This document shows, piece after piece, positions 1 through 12,299 of a stretch of 50,000 nucleotides of DNA. The position numbers and the translations under genes were made by a program. The DNA is taken from contig NW_025214746.1 of assembly GCF_004010195.1 (NCBI RefSeq), positions 1 to 50,000 on the forward strand, written 5' to 3'. The stretch is from Chiloscyllium plagiosum (taxonomy: Eukaryota). Every line of letters begins with the position of its first letter. The first letter of the stretch is position 1. The notes under the pieces are model-generated. The model had not been told where the DNA came from. It did no database searches and saw nothing but the letters and a program-made list of their open reading frames with translations.

Positions 1-183
1 GAAAGAGCAAAGTGGTTCCAAATTTATCAGTAAATGGAGTTTATTCTTCCTGGGCATGTCGCTCCCTAAATTTGTGTATACAATCATATTCCAGTGCTAA
101 GGAGCCACAACTAGCTTGAGTATCAATGAGTCATATATGTCTCATATATCAATGAGTCAAGAGTAACAAAAAGATGGGGTACT

Positions 184-675
184 GGGCTAATGATCGGATA
201 CTTGGTAGTATGGATGAGCAGAGGGATCTTGGTGTCCATGTACACCGATCTCTGAAAGTTGCCACCCAGGTAAATAGTGCGGTGAGGAAGGCATATGGCG
301 TACTGGCTTTTATTGGTAGAGGAATTGAGTTCCGGAGCCCTGAGGTCATGATGCAGTTGTATAAAACTCTGGTGCGGCCACATCTGGAATATTGTGTGCA
401 GTTTTGGTCGCCATACGAGAGGAAGGATGTGGAGGCACTGGAACGGGTGCAGAGGAGGTTTACCAGGATGTTGCCTGCTTTACTCAGCGAATCGTGAGTT
501 CATGGAATGCCCTGCCAGTAGCAGTGGTGGACTCTCCCTCTTTATGGGCATTTAAACGGGCATTGGATAGGCATATGGAGGATAGTGGGCTAGTGTAGAT
601 TAGGTGGGCTTGGATCGGCGCAACATCGAGGGCCAAAGGGCCTGTACTGCACTGTATTTTTTTCTATGTTTTCTA
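184..675 (+). mobile_element. CR1-clade (HER1-like) LINE 3' fragment, internally deleted near 477
   Basis: ORF reads QRDLGVHVHRSLK...LYKTLVRPHLEYCVQFWSP...VQRRFTRMLP. The 3' end has GGGCCAAAGGGCCTGT and a CTATGTT-type tail. Confidence 0.9.
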
Positions 676-1667
676 TATAGTGTATAAACACTTAAATTCA
701 GAGGAACGTTCTTCTAAACTGCACATTGAATTGAAGTAAAGATTCCCATAAGAATTGATTGTTATAAATGGTTCTGTAGGGCTGCCTTCAGCTGAGATAA
801 AAGAAAACATAAGTATGTCTTCCAAGTTGAAATACAATATCACCTATACTTTGAAAAGTTGTGTTCCTAAAATAAACAGACTAACTCTTAAAATAAACCA
901 CATCTTTTAAATGTAAAACAAATGTGTAATACTCCTTACAATACCTTCTGAAGTCAACCCTGTTGGAATACAGCAGCAGGGGACTGCTCAATCAGTGATA
1001 TGATATGAGGAGAGGCTGCACGTTAGAAGGCTAGGAGCAGTCATAAGTCTGAGAGAGGCAGCAGTCACTCCAGAATAGTGAGTCAGGCCAGGTAAGGTAC
1101 TGCTCTGAACAAGGCTAAAATGAACTGAATAAACTTTCTGATCTAAATAACTTAGTGACTTATAAGTGAAACCCCTGTATGACTAAAGGTACCTACAACA
1201 ACTGGAATAGATACAGAAACGTTAAATAGATGTGGCTGTAACATTGTGGGTAATTTAATTGCTTTAGTTGCAGTGTTGGACTAGGTTCAAATTGCATTTG
1301 AAAGGATAAAGCTTCTTAGAGCCTCAATCTCATGTCTTTGAAAACATCAGCATTATTTCAAGTGGTACAGATGCATAACTTCTTATAAGTGAAGTCACAG
1401 GTAGACATGGTGGTAAAGAAGGCTTTCTGCATGCTTGCTTTCATTGGACAGAACATTGAGTACGAATAGGAGTTGGGAGATGTCGTGTTGCAGCTGTACG
1501 AGACATTGATAAGGCCATATTTGGAGTATTATGTGCAACTCTGGTTGTTGTACTATAGAAATGGTACTATTAAACTAGAAAGGGTACATAAAAGATTTAC
1601 TAGGACGCTATTTGGACTGGAGGTTTGAGTTATAAGGAGAGGCTGGTACTTTTTTTTCTGGAGTGTA

Positions 1668-1701
1668 GGTGACTTGAGGGGTGACTTGAGGGGTGACTTG
1701 A
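1668..1701 (+). repeat. 12-bp tandem repeat GGTGACTTGAGG, about 2.8 copies, inside CR1
   Basis: Directly visible in the sequence. Confidence 0.85.
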
Positions 1702-1944
1702 CAGAAGTCTGTAAGATTGTGAGATGTAGAGAAGGTAGATAAGCAACAGCGTTTTCCCATAATAGGGGAGTCTAAAACTAGAGGGCATAGGTTCAAGGTG
1801 AGAGGGAAGAGATATAAAAGTGTCCAGAAGTGCAATATTTGTTTGCAGTGGGTGGAGAGTGTCTGGAATGGGCTGCCAGAGGTAGTGGTGGAAACGAGTA
1901 CAACTTTGTCATTTCAGAAACATTTCGACAGTTACATGGATGGG

Positions 1945-2140
1945 CTACAAAGTTAAAAATCACACAACACCAGGTTATAGTCCAACAGGTTTAATTGGAA
2001 GCACACTAGCTTTCGGAGCGACGCTCCTTCATCAGGTGATTGTGGAGGGCTCGATCGTAACACAGAATTTATAGCAAAAATTTGCAGTGTGATGTAACTG
2101 AAATTATACATTGAAAAGTTGCTTGTCTATTAATCCAAAT
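1945..2140 (-). mobile_element. Short Penelope-type 3'/pLTR element (family A)
   Basis: 10-bp TSD CATGGATGGG at 1935-1944 and 2141-2150. Carries a hammerhead motif. A second copy is at 26856. Confidence 0.8.
2004..2038 (-). ncRNA. Minimal type I hammerhead ribozyme (family A), intact core
   Basis: Reverse complement reads CAC CUGAUGA A GGAGC GUC GCUCC GAAA GC UA GUG: stem I CAC/GUG, 5-bp stem II, palindromic stem III AGCU, cleavage triplet CUA. Confidence 0.8.
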
Positions 2141-2366
2141 CATGGATGGGATAGGTATGGAGGGATAAACACAGGCAAATGAGACTAGATTAATTGTGAA
2201 AACTGGGCTGCATGGACAAGTTGGACCAAAGGGCCTTGCAGGCTGTAAAGCTTTGAATTTATTTTTGCACCTTATTCCAAAAGATATGTTCAGAATGGGA
2301 AACATTAGGTTTCATGACACTATTAAATAGTAAGGTAAATGTTTGCAGAGCGAGTTCTGACATTGA

Positions 2367-2503
2367 AAACAAAAATGCTGGAAGTCACAGTGGGTCAGGC
2401 AGCATCTGTGGAGAAAGAGTGAGCTAACATTTTGAGTCTAAATGACTCTTTATCAAAACTCTGTTTTCAGTACAGATTCCAGCATCTAAAGCAATTTGCT
2501 CCT
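2367..2503 (-). mobile_element. Old Penelope-type short element (family D) with a decayed hammerhead
   Basis: TSD ACATTGA at 2360-2366 and 2504-2510. Reverse complement TTGATAAAGAGTCATTTAGACTCAAAATGTTAGC is a decayed CTGATGA-stem-GAAACGTT. Confidence 0.65.
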
Positions 2504-3074
2504 ACATTGAGTTATGACATTACTTTCTCAGTTTAGGGACTTGAGTTTGAACCCACTTAAGATAGGTAAAAGCTTCCATGTTCTTGGACTTGAGTGAATT
2601 GCTATGTGCAGTCATGGACTTATCCTTAGTGATATCATAATGTACAAATTGCCCAGTATTTAACGCAAATTGGCATTGTGTTATTATTCCTCCAGAGACT
2701 GAGTGGCTCAAGTGAGTAATATAGTTGCATTGGTATAGTAGTTAGGTGGTAACTGACCACAAGATTTCTAAAGAACATTAAACTGAATGAACATTTTGTG
2801 TTGATACTTGAAGGTTGATTTGGTTACTTGAGTTCTCTTGGCATCATGAAATTAGATTGTTGATGACCTTAACTATTGAAGTAATAATTGCAGTCTGGCT
2901 TGTTTTAAGATAGGAATTCATTGAAGCAAAACAGTACTAAGAATTGATTTATTCTTATGTTGGGTCTTGAGCCACAAATCTATTTTTCCTGGACAGGAGT
3001 TGACCAATGAACCAACTTTATAGGGTGTAACTTTCTCCATTTGAAAGCTGTATGAACTTTTTTTTTCTTTAAAT

Positions 3075-4160
3075 TTGTTATTATTTATTCTTGGAATTGA
3101 TCCAGTTGCTGGCTATACCAGCATTTACTTCCTCTCTTGTTGGTCTTGAGAGGAGATGGTGAGCAGCCTCCTTGAACTGCTGCAGAACATGTGTGTAGGT
3201 AGGTCCACAGTAATGTTAGGGAGGAAGATCCAGTATTTTGACCCAGTAACATTGAAGGAATAGTGTTATGTTTTCAAGTCAGGATTGAGTTGTTTGATAT
3301 TGGGACCTTTGCAAGAGGTTGAGCTGCACTATCAACTCAGCTCTTCTGGCTGAAGATTGTTCCATCCTATGCACGAATATGTTGTGCTTCTCCATTATTG
3401 ACAATGGGAATGTTTGCAGAGCTCCTGCCTCCAGTAAGTTGTTTTGGTGTCAAATACTGTTTACGCTTTGATGTGGCAGGTCTGCAGAGCTTAGAAAAGA
3501 GCAGTTGCTAGGGAATCACTTAGCTTTCTCTCTGACTTGTGGTTATGCAGTATAGCATGAAAGTAGTTCTGTTTTGGAGCCTTATGAAGTTGGAACCTCA
3601 TTTTAGGGTGTGCTTGGTGCTGCTCCTCTCATACCCTCTGCACTTTGATCCAAGGGTTGACCCTTGCTTGATGCTAATGGTAGAGTGAGGTTTATGCTGG
3701 ACCATGAGGTTGCAGATTGTGTTGAACACAATTTGAATACTGCTGATGGTCACAGTGAGTTACTAGATATATTTGAAGTCTAACCCATTTAGCATGGTAA
3801 TAGTGCCACACAACATGATGCAAATAATTTTCAGTGTTAAGGTGGCATTTTGGTCAAGGTATGTGGTAATCAACAAGAGGTTTCCTTGTCCATGTTTGAT
3901 CCAAGGATGATGATAATCTTGTTTAGGGCATTGTTTGTAGGTATCATTCCACGAGAACAACTATATCAGGTGGTTACTTGATTAGTCTGCAGGACGATTT
4001 TAGGACTAGCTCCCAGATTGTCTATAGGAGGAATTTGCGAGGTTGACAGTACTGTTTGCTTTAGTCAATGTCAGGTGGTCCATCTGATTTTAGTCAATTT
4101 TTTTCCCCTTTCTAACAGTTAATGCAGCTGAATGGCTTGCTTGGCAATTTTGTTGTCGAA
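3075..4160 (-). mobile_element. Old LINE fragments (L2/CR1 group; same family as 7520 and 10800)
   Basis: Shares CAGCATTTA...CCTTGAACTGCTGCAG...TTTTGACCCAGT...GAAGGA with the copy at 10800-11115. Confidence 0.6.
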
Positions 4161-4194
4161 ACTGTTATTCCTTATGAAGGTAAATTAAAAGGAG

Positions 4195-4370
4195 AACATT
4201 AGCTCAATTGCTGAATAGTTGGTCTGCAATGTAAACTGATGCTTGCAGTGTGGATTCAATTCCTACACTGGCTGAGGTTAACATGATTGACTCTCCTTCT
4301 CAACCTCTTCCTTCACCTGAGGCATGGTGGCGCTCAGGTTGAGAGCAGTCTTATGATTTGGTTAGACTGC
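4195..4370 (+). mobile_element. Old tRNA-derived SINE, distinct from HE1
   Basis: A-box-like TAGCTCAATTG, B-box-like GGATTCAATTCC, and hairpin CCTGAG-GCATGGTGGCG-CTCAGG. Confidence 0.55.
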
Positions 4371-6731
4371 AGCAGCTTTAACAATTATAAAGAAACAACA
4401 AAGGTAATCAAATTTGCAAGCCCCCTGTGAGAAAATTAATGGGGGAGAAATTATTGTTTTTGTGTTACAAATGCTTAAATGCGATTCAAAGCACCACTTA
4501 TAATTAAATGAAGTATAATTGGGTAATGGAATACTCGGGAGGAAATAACTTTGATCCTTCATCTCAATGCCTTAAACCTCATTGCTGCAGCCCCTTCTGG
4601 TGTTAAATGCGTTTTGTCAAATGTAATCTGTGTTGCTTCAGCTGTTTGTCTTAAATGTGCAATGTAGTCCTCAGCAATTTAGATCTTCTTGGTTGTTTTT
4701 CCCGATTTCAGGCGTTGATAAAGTACTGCTTATGGTTTAAAATCTCAAAATTCAAACTGAAACTTGATAAAATAACTAGGATCCTCAGTTATATTGATAG
4801 TTTTTTTTAAATAGTTGATTTAGGATATAAAATAGAGGTAACTTTTGCTTCACCCTAAATGTTGTTAGATTTCTTTTTGTATGTTTTTGTGAAAAAGTTA
4901 ATTGTGTTATCTTATAACCTTTTGCAACATATCTTGTGCAATAACAGTTCAGATTAATACAGCTGTAGACATGCACCATTTAGTCCACAGAAAGAAATCC
5001 CATCTGTGCAATTTCTGACGTCTGCCTTGATGCTCGAATTTCAACTCATCCATTTTTTTTGTCAGTAAACAAAGCAGTTGTTGTGCAACTGAAGTACATT
5101 GCTGAGAGGAAATTGAAGGAAATTGAAGTCTGGATGAATTGGAACTTATGTAACTGGATTTTCTTTTGGGCTTTTTAACCTTGGAGTTATAAAACTTTAG
5201 CTTCAATCTGGTTTAGTATTTCTCTTCTGAGACTAAAATGGAACACAAATTTTAAATTAGCTGAACCAATTTGGTGAAATCAAATTTGTAGTTAAGATTA
5301 AGTAATCTTGTGACCACACTCTTTATGCAAATGTTGGTGAGTTGGTTGGCTGCTTGTGTGTCAGGCATAAACAAAGATGGGAGATTTTTGACATTGTGAT
5401 CATCTTTGAAAATGATTGCATGTTTGTGTCACAATGAGGTATGATTTTTAGATTGTGATTTGTTCTGGATTGTAGTTTGCAGATACTTAGATAAAAGCAA
5501 GATGCTACCCTTTCAGTACAATTTTTTTTCCAAGCATACTACCCTCCAGTGTATATTTTAATGGAGCTTAAAAATTGACCATGTGGTTTGCATTAATATA
5601 ATTTTTGCTTAAATGTAATGAAATAATTATATCTGAGTGTGGCATTGAGATCAAACATTTGTTACATTGTGTGAGAGGGAGGAAAATACTGAGCGAAGGT
5701 CCGTATTGAAATGGTATCCTACCCATAATAATTGAATCTCATTTGTCCCCATGTGAATCCGGTTCTTGGATTCCTTGTAAGAGTATTGGATGATATTTGC
5801 TTCCTTTGCTTTCAAACATAATTTTCAAACATTTCTATGAATCAATAATGGTACTGTTCAAAATATGAAACTATAATGTGCAGCAGAGGTTTGGGATAAT
5901 TTTATGAATGATGGACAAAATTCAATGCTTCCACTACAAACAGGACCTTTAAATTTAGTTAGCGCTGTTCAGAAATGACTGGATAATAATTAGGAATTGT
6001 AAATGTGGAGAGCTAATTCAATTGTTTCTAATTAGAATAACTTTAGTGAACTTTTAACCGTGCAAGATGCTTTTTTTTTAGCTTTCATGGCTCAGAACTT
6101 CTGTGCAATAGCAATGGCCATTGGATTGCCACTGTGCTTGTAAATTTCCTGACTGTATGCTGCTGTTTTACTAAAAAGAGTCTTCAGAGCCTGGCTTTCA
6201 CAGAAGAGTACAGTGTAATGCCCATCAGGGAATTCTCAGAGTAGAGTAGAAGGAAAACAAAACATAATCCATTTCGACAGCACTGGCAGCCATATGGCAG
6301 GTTTAAATATAAAATTTGAATGCAAGTGAATGAGTGGGTGGGTTGGGTATAGGTGGGTGAATATTGGATGTGTTGGAGTCAGGTTGGAGTGTTAGGTCTT
6401 AGTGTTAGTATTCAGATAGAGTCATAGAGATGTACAGCACAGAAACTTGTCCATGCCGACCAGATATCCCAACCCAATCTAGTCCCACCTGCCAGCACCT
6501 GGCCCATATCCCTCCAATCTCTTCCTATTCATATACCCATCCAGATGCCTTTTAAATGTTGCAATTGTGTTAGCCTCGACCACTTCCTCTGGCAGCTCAT
6601 TCCATACACGTACCACCTTCTGCGTGAAAAAGTTGCCCCTTAGATCTCTTTTATATCTTTCCCCTCTCACCCTGAACCTATACCCTCTAATTCTGGATTC
6701 CCCACTCCAGGGAAGAGACTTTGTCTATTTA

Positions 6732-6898
6732 GGCAAAAGTGAAGACTGCAGATGCTGGAAACCAGAGTTTAGATTAGAGTGGTGCTGGGAAAACACAGCA
6801 AGTCAGGCAGCATCCGAGGGAAGCAGGAAAATCGACGTTTCAGGCAAAAGCCCTTCATCAGGAATGGAGGCAGGGAACCTCCAGAGTGAAGAGATAAG
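6732..6898 (-). mobile_element. Short Penelope-type element (family B)
   Basis: 10-bp TSD TGTCTATTTA at 6722-6731 and 6899-6908; family terminus AAAGTGA-GACTGCAGATGCTGG; hammerhead motif. Confidence 0.85.
6830..6865 (-). ncRNA. Minimal hammerhead ribozyme (family B), core intact
   Basis: Reverse complement reads AUUC CUGAUGA A GGGC UUUU GCCU GAAA CG UC GAUU: palindromic stem III ACGU, triplet GUC, G-U pair closing stem II. Confidence 0.72.
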
Positions 6899-7149
6899 TG
6901 TCTATTTATCCTATCCATGCCTCTTATGATTTTATAAACTTCTATAAAGTCACCCCTCAGCTTCCGACGATCCAGGGAAAACAGCCCTTGCCTATTCAAC
7001 CTCTCCCTATAGTTCAAATCATCCAACCCTGGCAACATCCTTGTAAATCTTTTCTAAACCCTGTCAAGTTTCACAACATCTTTCCGATAAATTATGTTTT
7101 ATTCAGTCAAAACGTTTCATAGGTACTATTCTGGCTAACCCTGTAGATT

Positions 7150-7285
7150 GTCTGACATCAGAGTCAGAGACTTGCATGAAGTGTTGCAAGGAGCTAAAGA
7201 ATTGCCCATAGGAATTTGAGACTTTCCAGGCAATTCCCACATAGGTTCATGCATTGAGACTTCCACAGGGTCCAAAATTCCAGCT
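7150..7285 (+). repeat. Dispersed repeat; inverted copy at about 8962-9120
   Basis: 7224-7248 matches the reverse complement of 9017-9041 at 24 of 25 positions, with similarity in the flanks. Confidence 0.7.
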
Positions 7286-7519
7286 ACAATTGTATGTTAG
7301 ACTTCAGTGAACAAGAGGCTGAAGATTTGGCTCATGTTCTTCAGGCTCAACTTCAGAGGATACAGGTGCATTTTATCAATCGATCAGTTCTTAATTTATC
7401 AAAATAGACATAGCAGATTTGAGGCTTTGGTTTTGGATTTGCTCCCCATATGCTTTGGTAACTTGGCAACGCATGGAACAAATTTGCAATTTGCAACTCA
7501 CTTCCTATTAGCTCTGTGG

Positions 7520-7642
7520 AAGTAACTACACCCTATGGACTGCAAGGATTCAAGGAAATATTTCACCACTGTGTCCTTCAGGGATATTAGGGATGGCCAA
7601 TAACTGCTGGCCAACCAGCGATTTCCACATTGCACTAAAAAA
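7520..7642 (+). mobile_element. LINE 3' end (same family as 3075 and 10800)
   Basis: GGACTGCAAGGATTCAAGG...TAGGGATGGCCAATAACTGCTGGCC resembles the reverse complement of 10825-10900. Confidence 0.6.
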
Positions 7643-7747
7643 TTGGTGAAAAAGAAAGTTAACTGAAGGTGTTTGTCACTGGATCAGTAGTAACCCTGTT
7701 TCTCAAATTTCTTCTGTGATCAATAGATTTAATTCCTTCAAGACAAC

Positions 7748-8404
7748 TATAATGGACCAGACTTAACCCCCTCAAAATATATTAAGAAGGTAGTCTTAAC
7801 TTTTCTTATTTTAAAGGTAAATGTGAGGTATTGCATTTAAGACACAATTTGGTCAAACTACTTGGCATTAAGCAAAACACACTTTATTCATATACTGTCG
7901 TTAAAATACAACAAAAGGAAGAACAAAGAAAATAATTGGCTTAGCTGTTACACTGTGGAAATGCTTAACAAAATAATAGATACAGTAACTATTACTAATA
8001 AACTGTTCCAATACAGTACCATTCCATTAACACACCCTTGGCAAAAGACAAGTTGAGAAAACAATGTCTCACATGCAACTCCAGCAGCAGGAAGACAATC
8101 CACAGCTTTTTAGCTGCAACCAAGAGGAAAACATAGCTTCCACTTCTTCAAGACCCCAGCAGCAACTGCTGATACTGAAAAAGTGAAAAAAAACCCTCCG
8201 AAAATCCTGGTTTGTGAGAGCTTGATCTAGGCATTCAGGCTGCTTTTATTGGTCTAACATTTTTTAAAAAAAATCCAAGGCCTCACAAGCTGTTTACTCT
8301 TGTGGTTCTGTGGAGCTCCTTGGAACCTCTGCTTTAAAACCTCCCCTTTTATAAAAATAAATAGGACAAAATAGACTTCTTAAGATGCTGATAGTATTGT
8401 TACA
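7748..8404 (-). mobile_element. Probable decayed solo LTR
   Basis: Minus strand begins TGTAAC and ends ATTATA (decayed TG...CA), with AATAAA about 135 bp from its 3' end. No TSD recognised. Confidence 0.4.
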
Positions 8405-8961
8405 ATGCCCCCAGTATTCCATGATGAAAATTGACCCAGCTAACAAATACATCTATCTTTTTCTCAGATGTGCATAAGTGACATTTCAACTACTTTTATT
8501 GTCGCATGCATTCTACTAAACCTCACCCTAAGAGTGTGAAAACATACAATTACTGTCTTTTTAAGTCCAGGTTTGTTTGATGAAATACCATTCTTCTATT
8601 TTTCAATTCTGTATCTAACACACCTGCTTGTCAAGTGTTTGTTTTATGTGGTTGCCAATTACATGTTAGGTTAATTGTTCTATGCTGCTATTCAACCTGT
8701 ACATGCAATGTTTTACAATGTTGGTGATCATAGCTTTCAACCTTTGTGTTATTCTCAAAGCTTATACTCCATTTCTGATGTACTTCCTCCTTTGATTCTC
8801 TCTTGCTTTGCACCCTACTTAAAAAGACCTCTAATTTTCCCATCTCCACCCAATATGTTGTTGAATTAAGAACTGATACTTTATGTAATGTGTATCTCTC
8901 TGATATTTTGAAATTCGCCCTGGACAATATGCACCAAATCTTCATTTCTCTAGATAGTTGG

Positions 8962-9120
8962 AGGCCAGAAATTCAACTAAAGATTGACTTCCAAGGTCTG
9001 TGGCAGTCCTGCTGCCGAACCTATGTGGGAGTTGCCTGGAAGTTTCAAGTTCCAGTGGGCAAATCCCCTGCTCACTGGGACTCTCTGTGAAGGTTTCCGA
9101 CTCTGAATTTAGAACTGTCC
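8962..9120 (-). repeat. Dispersed repeat; inverted partner of 7150-7285
   Basis: Same match as described for 7150-7285. Confidence 0.7.
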
Positions 9121-9357
9121 AAAGTCTCCAATTCTGTTAAAAGATGGTCTGTTTAAACTCTGAAAAGTCTCATCTTTTTTTCTCAAAAAAAGTTAGAATA
9201 TATCTAAAGTTGCTTAATCATAATCTTAAGACACAGGCTATGAATTTGGAGGTGAGTGAGTTTTGTCTGTGTGAACTTATCATAGGCTGTATTTAGCTTT
9301 GCTGTGGGAAGAGATGTTTTCGCAGCAGGAGGTAACATGGCAATCATTTTGTCTAAT

Positions 9358-10110
9358 TAGAGCATAAGACACAGGAACAGAGGTTAGGCTATTCAGCACA
9401 TTGAGTCCGCTCTGCTGTTCAATTATGGCTGATGGTTTCTCAACCCCATTTTCCTGCTTTCTCCCTGTAACCCTTAATCCCCTTGACAATCAAGAACTTA
9501 TCTATCTCAGTCTTAAATACACTCAACGACCTGGCCTCCACAGCCTTCTGTGATAATGAATTCCATAGATTCACCACTCCCTGGCTGAAGAACTTTCTCC
9601 TTATCTCTGTTATAAAAGGTCGTCCTTTTACTTTAAGGCTGTGCCCTCAGGTCCTAGTCTCTCCTACGACATCCACTCTGTCCAGGTCATTCAGTAATCA
9701 GTAAGTTTCAGTTAGATTCTCCCTTAGCCTTCTAAATTTCAAGTATAGACAGAGTCCTCAAACATTCCTTGTATGTTAAGCATTTCATTCCTGGGACCAT
9801 TCTTGTGGATCTCCTCTGAACACACTCCAGGGCCAGTGCATCCTTCCTGAGATATGGGGCCCAAACCTGCACACAATTCTCCAAATGTGGTCTGCCCAGA
9901 GCTGTATAGAACCTCAGAAATACATCCCTGCCTTTATATTCAAGTCCTCTCAAAATAAATGCCATCATTGCATTTGCCTTCCTAACTACTGACTCAACCT
10001 GCAAGTTTACCTTGAGAAATTCCTGGACTAGAACTCTCAAGTCTCTTTGCACTTCATACTTCTGAATTTTCTCCCCATTTTGAAAATACATATGTATGTT
10101 ACCACTGTTC
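9358..10110 (-). mobile_element. CR1-clade LINE 3' fragment (older subfamily)
   Basis: ORF 9732-10112 reads VQRDLRVLV...RPHLENCVQVWAPYLRKD...VQRRSTRMVPG. Confidence 0.9.
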
Positions 10111-10799
10111 ACAATTTTGAATTGGCCTCCAAAGAATATTTGTCAAAATTGACTTTGGGTCTCCTGCAAAGCTCTGTTTTTGTATATAGTGAACAAAATT
10201 AAAGTCATAGTTTATGAATGCAAATTAGGGCAGGAGCATGGGAATTTGGCTCCTTCAGTCTATTCCATCATTCAGCAAGATTACAGGTGATCTGTTTGCA
10301 TTCTGAATTCCACATTCTCATCTATCCCAAATAAGTTTTGATTCCTTCGCCTGTCTATCTTCACCTTCAGTGACCCTCCTTGATTGCCTTCTGAGGCAGT
10401 GCTAAATATTATTTGAGTCTAATCCAAGAAATTTCCAAATTTTCATAAGATTGCTTTCATAAAATTGTTGAAAAATCTGTCACATGGTAGTAAGCATTAC
10501 CACTGCTAAACTGTACTCAGATTTAAGCATTATGAAGTTATGACTGATGTATATATGTAAAAAATGTATATGCTATAAATAAAGTTGAAATTGATTGTGT
10601 AGTAAAAGGATCATCAACTTAAAAGATTATTTTGTCTTGATATGATGAAAACTGGAATTGATTTTTAGCTGTAGTAATGATATTGATGTTGAGGCGAGCC
10701 CAGGAAGATTGGTAATGGTTGGTGCTTTCTTATGTCAAAGAAATTGAAAGATAATTGTTTTCTTTGTGCATGACACAGCAGAAATGTCTTTTTTTTTAA

Positions 10800-11115
10800 A
10801 TTCACTCATAGGGCATGGGCATCTCTGGCCAGTATTTATTGCCTGTCCCTGCTTGCCCTTGACGGGGTTATGGTGAACTGCTGCCTTGAACTGCTACAGT
10901 CCATAATGCCCTTAGGGAGGTAATTCCAGGATTTTAACCCAGTGACAGTGAAGGATTGGCAGTGTATTTCCAAGTTGGGATGATGAGAGGTATGAGAGGG
11001 GAACCGATAGATGTTGGTGCTGCCCTTGTATTTCAACATGCAAGTGGTCGTGGTTTAGAAGGTGCTGTATGAGGATCTTTGGTGACTTTCTGCAGTGTAT
11101 CTTGTAGATAGTCTG
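10800..11115 (-). mobile_element. LINE 3' end (L2/CR1 group)
   Basis: Minus-strand ORF contains SFTVTGLKSWNYLP, the WNxLP C-terminal motif. Related copies at 3075 and 7520. Confidence 0.7.
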
Positions 11116-12259
11116 CCTTCTATCCTACTATCTCTTGACCTCAAATTCACAGTACTGCTGATGTTCTATCTGACTTAGTGTGGATTATCTGAATCTAAAT
11201 AAATGAACATGCTGAACCGATGCTAGTTCCACTTAGCTGGATTCTGACTGTTTTTCATGTTCCATTGAACCACAAAGCAGTGATGTGTGAATTTGCAAGT
11301 AATGTTAATGTTAATTTTCTATTAATTAGATGCTCAAATTTGTGGCATATTGATTATTTCTTGTTGTGCTTTCTGTTGAGGATTTATTTGTGGGACCGTT
11401 TAATAAAAAAATGCTTGAAACACTTAGCAAGTCTCAGTGTCAGTGGAGTGAAAGTCATCAACATGAAATATTGACTGTACTTTCTCGCTGACTTCTTGTC
11501 AGACTCTGAGTGTTGCACGCATTTTCTGTTATACTATTTGTGATAAATTGCAGTAGTTCATTCATACCTGCTTAGAGTTTATATTAATCCAGAAAAAGAA
11601 TGCAGAGTTAGAATTCAGAGCAACTCATTGCTTGTCTTTGACAGCTAATCTGAATTATGAAGCTGTGCTGTTGATATTCCATGTAGACTTTGTGTCTTGA
11701 TGGGGAATGTTGAGTTGCAGCTGTAGCAGCTCTTGGATTCCTGAAATCAATATAGAGGTCGACAATATATGCTGACAGCTCTTATCTGTTGCTCCCAGCT
11801 ATGGTCTTAAAAGGACTTGCCAGCCTTTCATTTCTGCATGTTTGTAAATGCCAGATTGTGGCGTAAACTGAACAACTGTCAATCAATTCTATTTAGTTAT
11901 ACTGAGTCTAAAAGCAAATACAGATTGGCAAACAAATTTACAATATATAATTATTGAATGAGTAGGTTGAGCAAGGCAAAACTGCCAGAGCTGACCAGTG
12001 GAGCAGCAAGATAAACAATATGTTTACAATATATCGGAATGCTAAAATTATGTTCTCACCCTATGTTCTAAGTTCTATCTCATAGCTCAGTCTGATTTCA
12101 CATTCAAAAAATCTCACGCTTGAATGAGGGAGGCAAATTAAAAATTAAAACATTTATCTGGTTAAGGCTAATTAACATTCAGGGTGTGCATAAAGATTTG
12201 TAGCTCTGATGCCGGTTGTCGTAGTTGTGGGTATGTTCATTGAGCTGGGAAGTTGATTT

Positions 12260-12299
12260 GCAGACGTTTCATCCCCTATCTAGGTGTCATCTTCAGTGC
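12260..12299 (-). ncRNA. Hammerhead ribozyme in Penelope pLTR; core intact, stem II weakened
   Basis: Reverse complement reads GCA CUGAAGA U GAC ACCUAGAUAGGG GAU GAAA CG UC UGC. Confidence 0.65.

Larger units (their letters stand above)
1390..2250 (+). mobile_element. CR1-clade LINE 3' fragment interrupted by a Penelope-type insertion
   Basis: Degenerate RT C-terminus (AGGCCATATTTGGAGTATTATGTGCAA, TGGAATGGGCTGCC) and 3' end GGACCAAAGGGCC. Confidence 0.85.
6416..7087 (-). mobile_element. CR1-clade LINE 3' fragment with a Penelope-type insertion
   Basis: Minus-strand ORFs MLPGLDDLNYRERLNR...RGDFIEVYKI and FFTQKVVRVWNELP; CTATGACT-type tail. Confidence 0.92.

Noticed and set aside
121..159. 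13-bp direct repeat TATCAATGAGTCA (also a 15-bp duplication near 44145-44180)
   Set aside because: Small local duplications with no sign of function.
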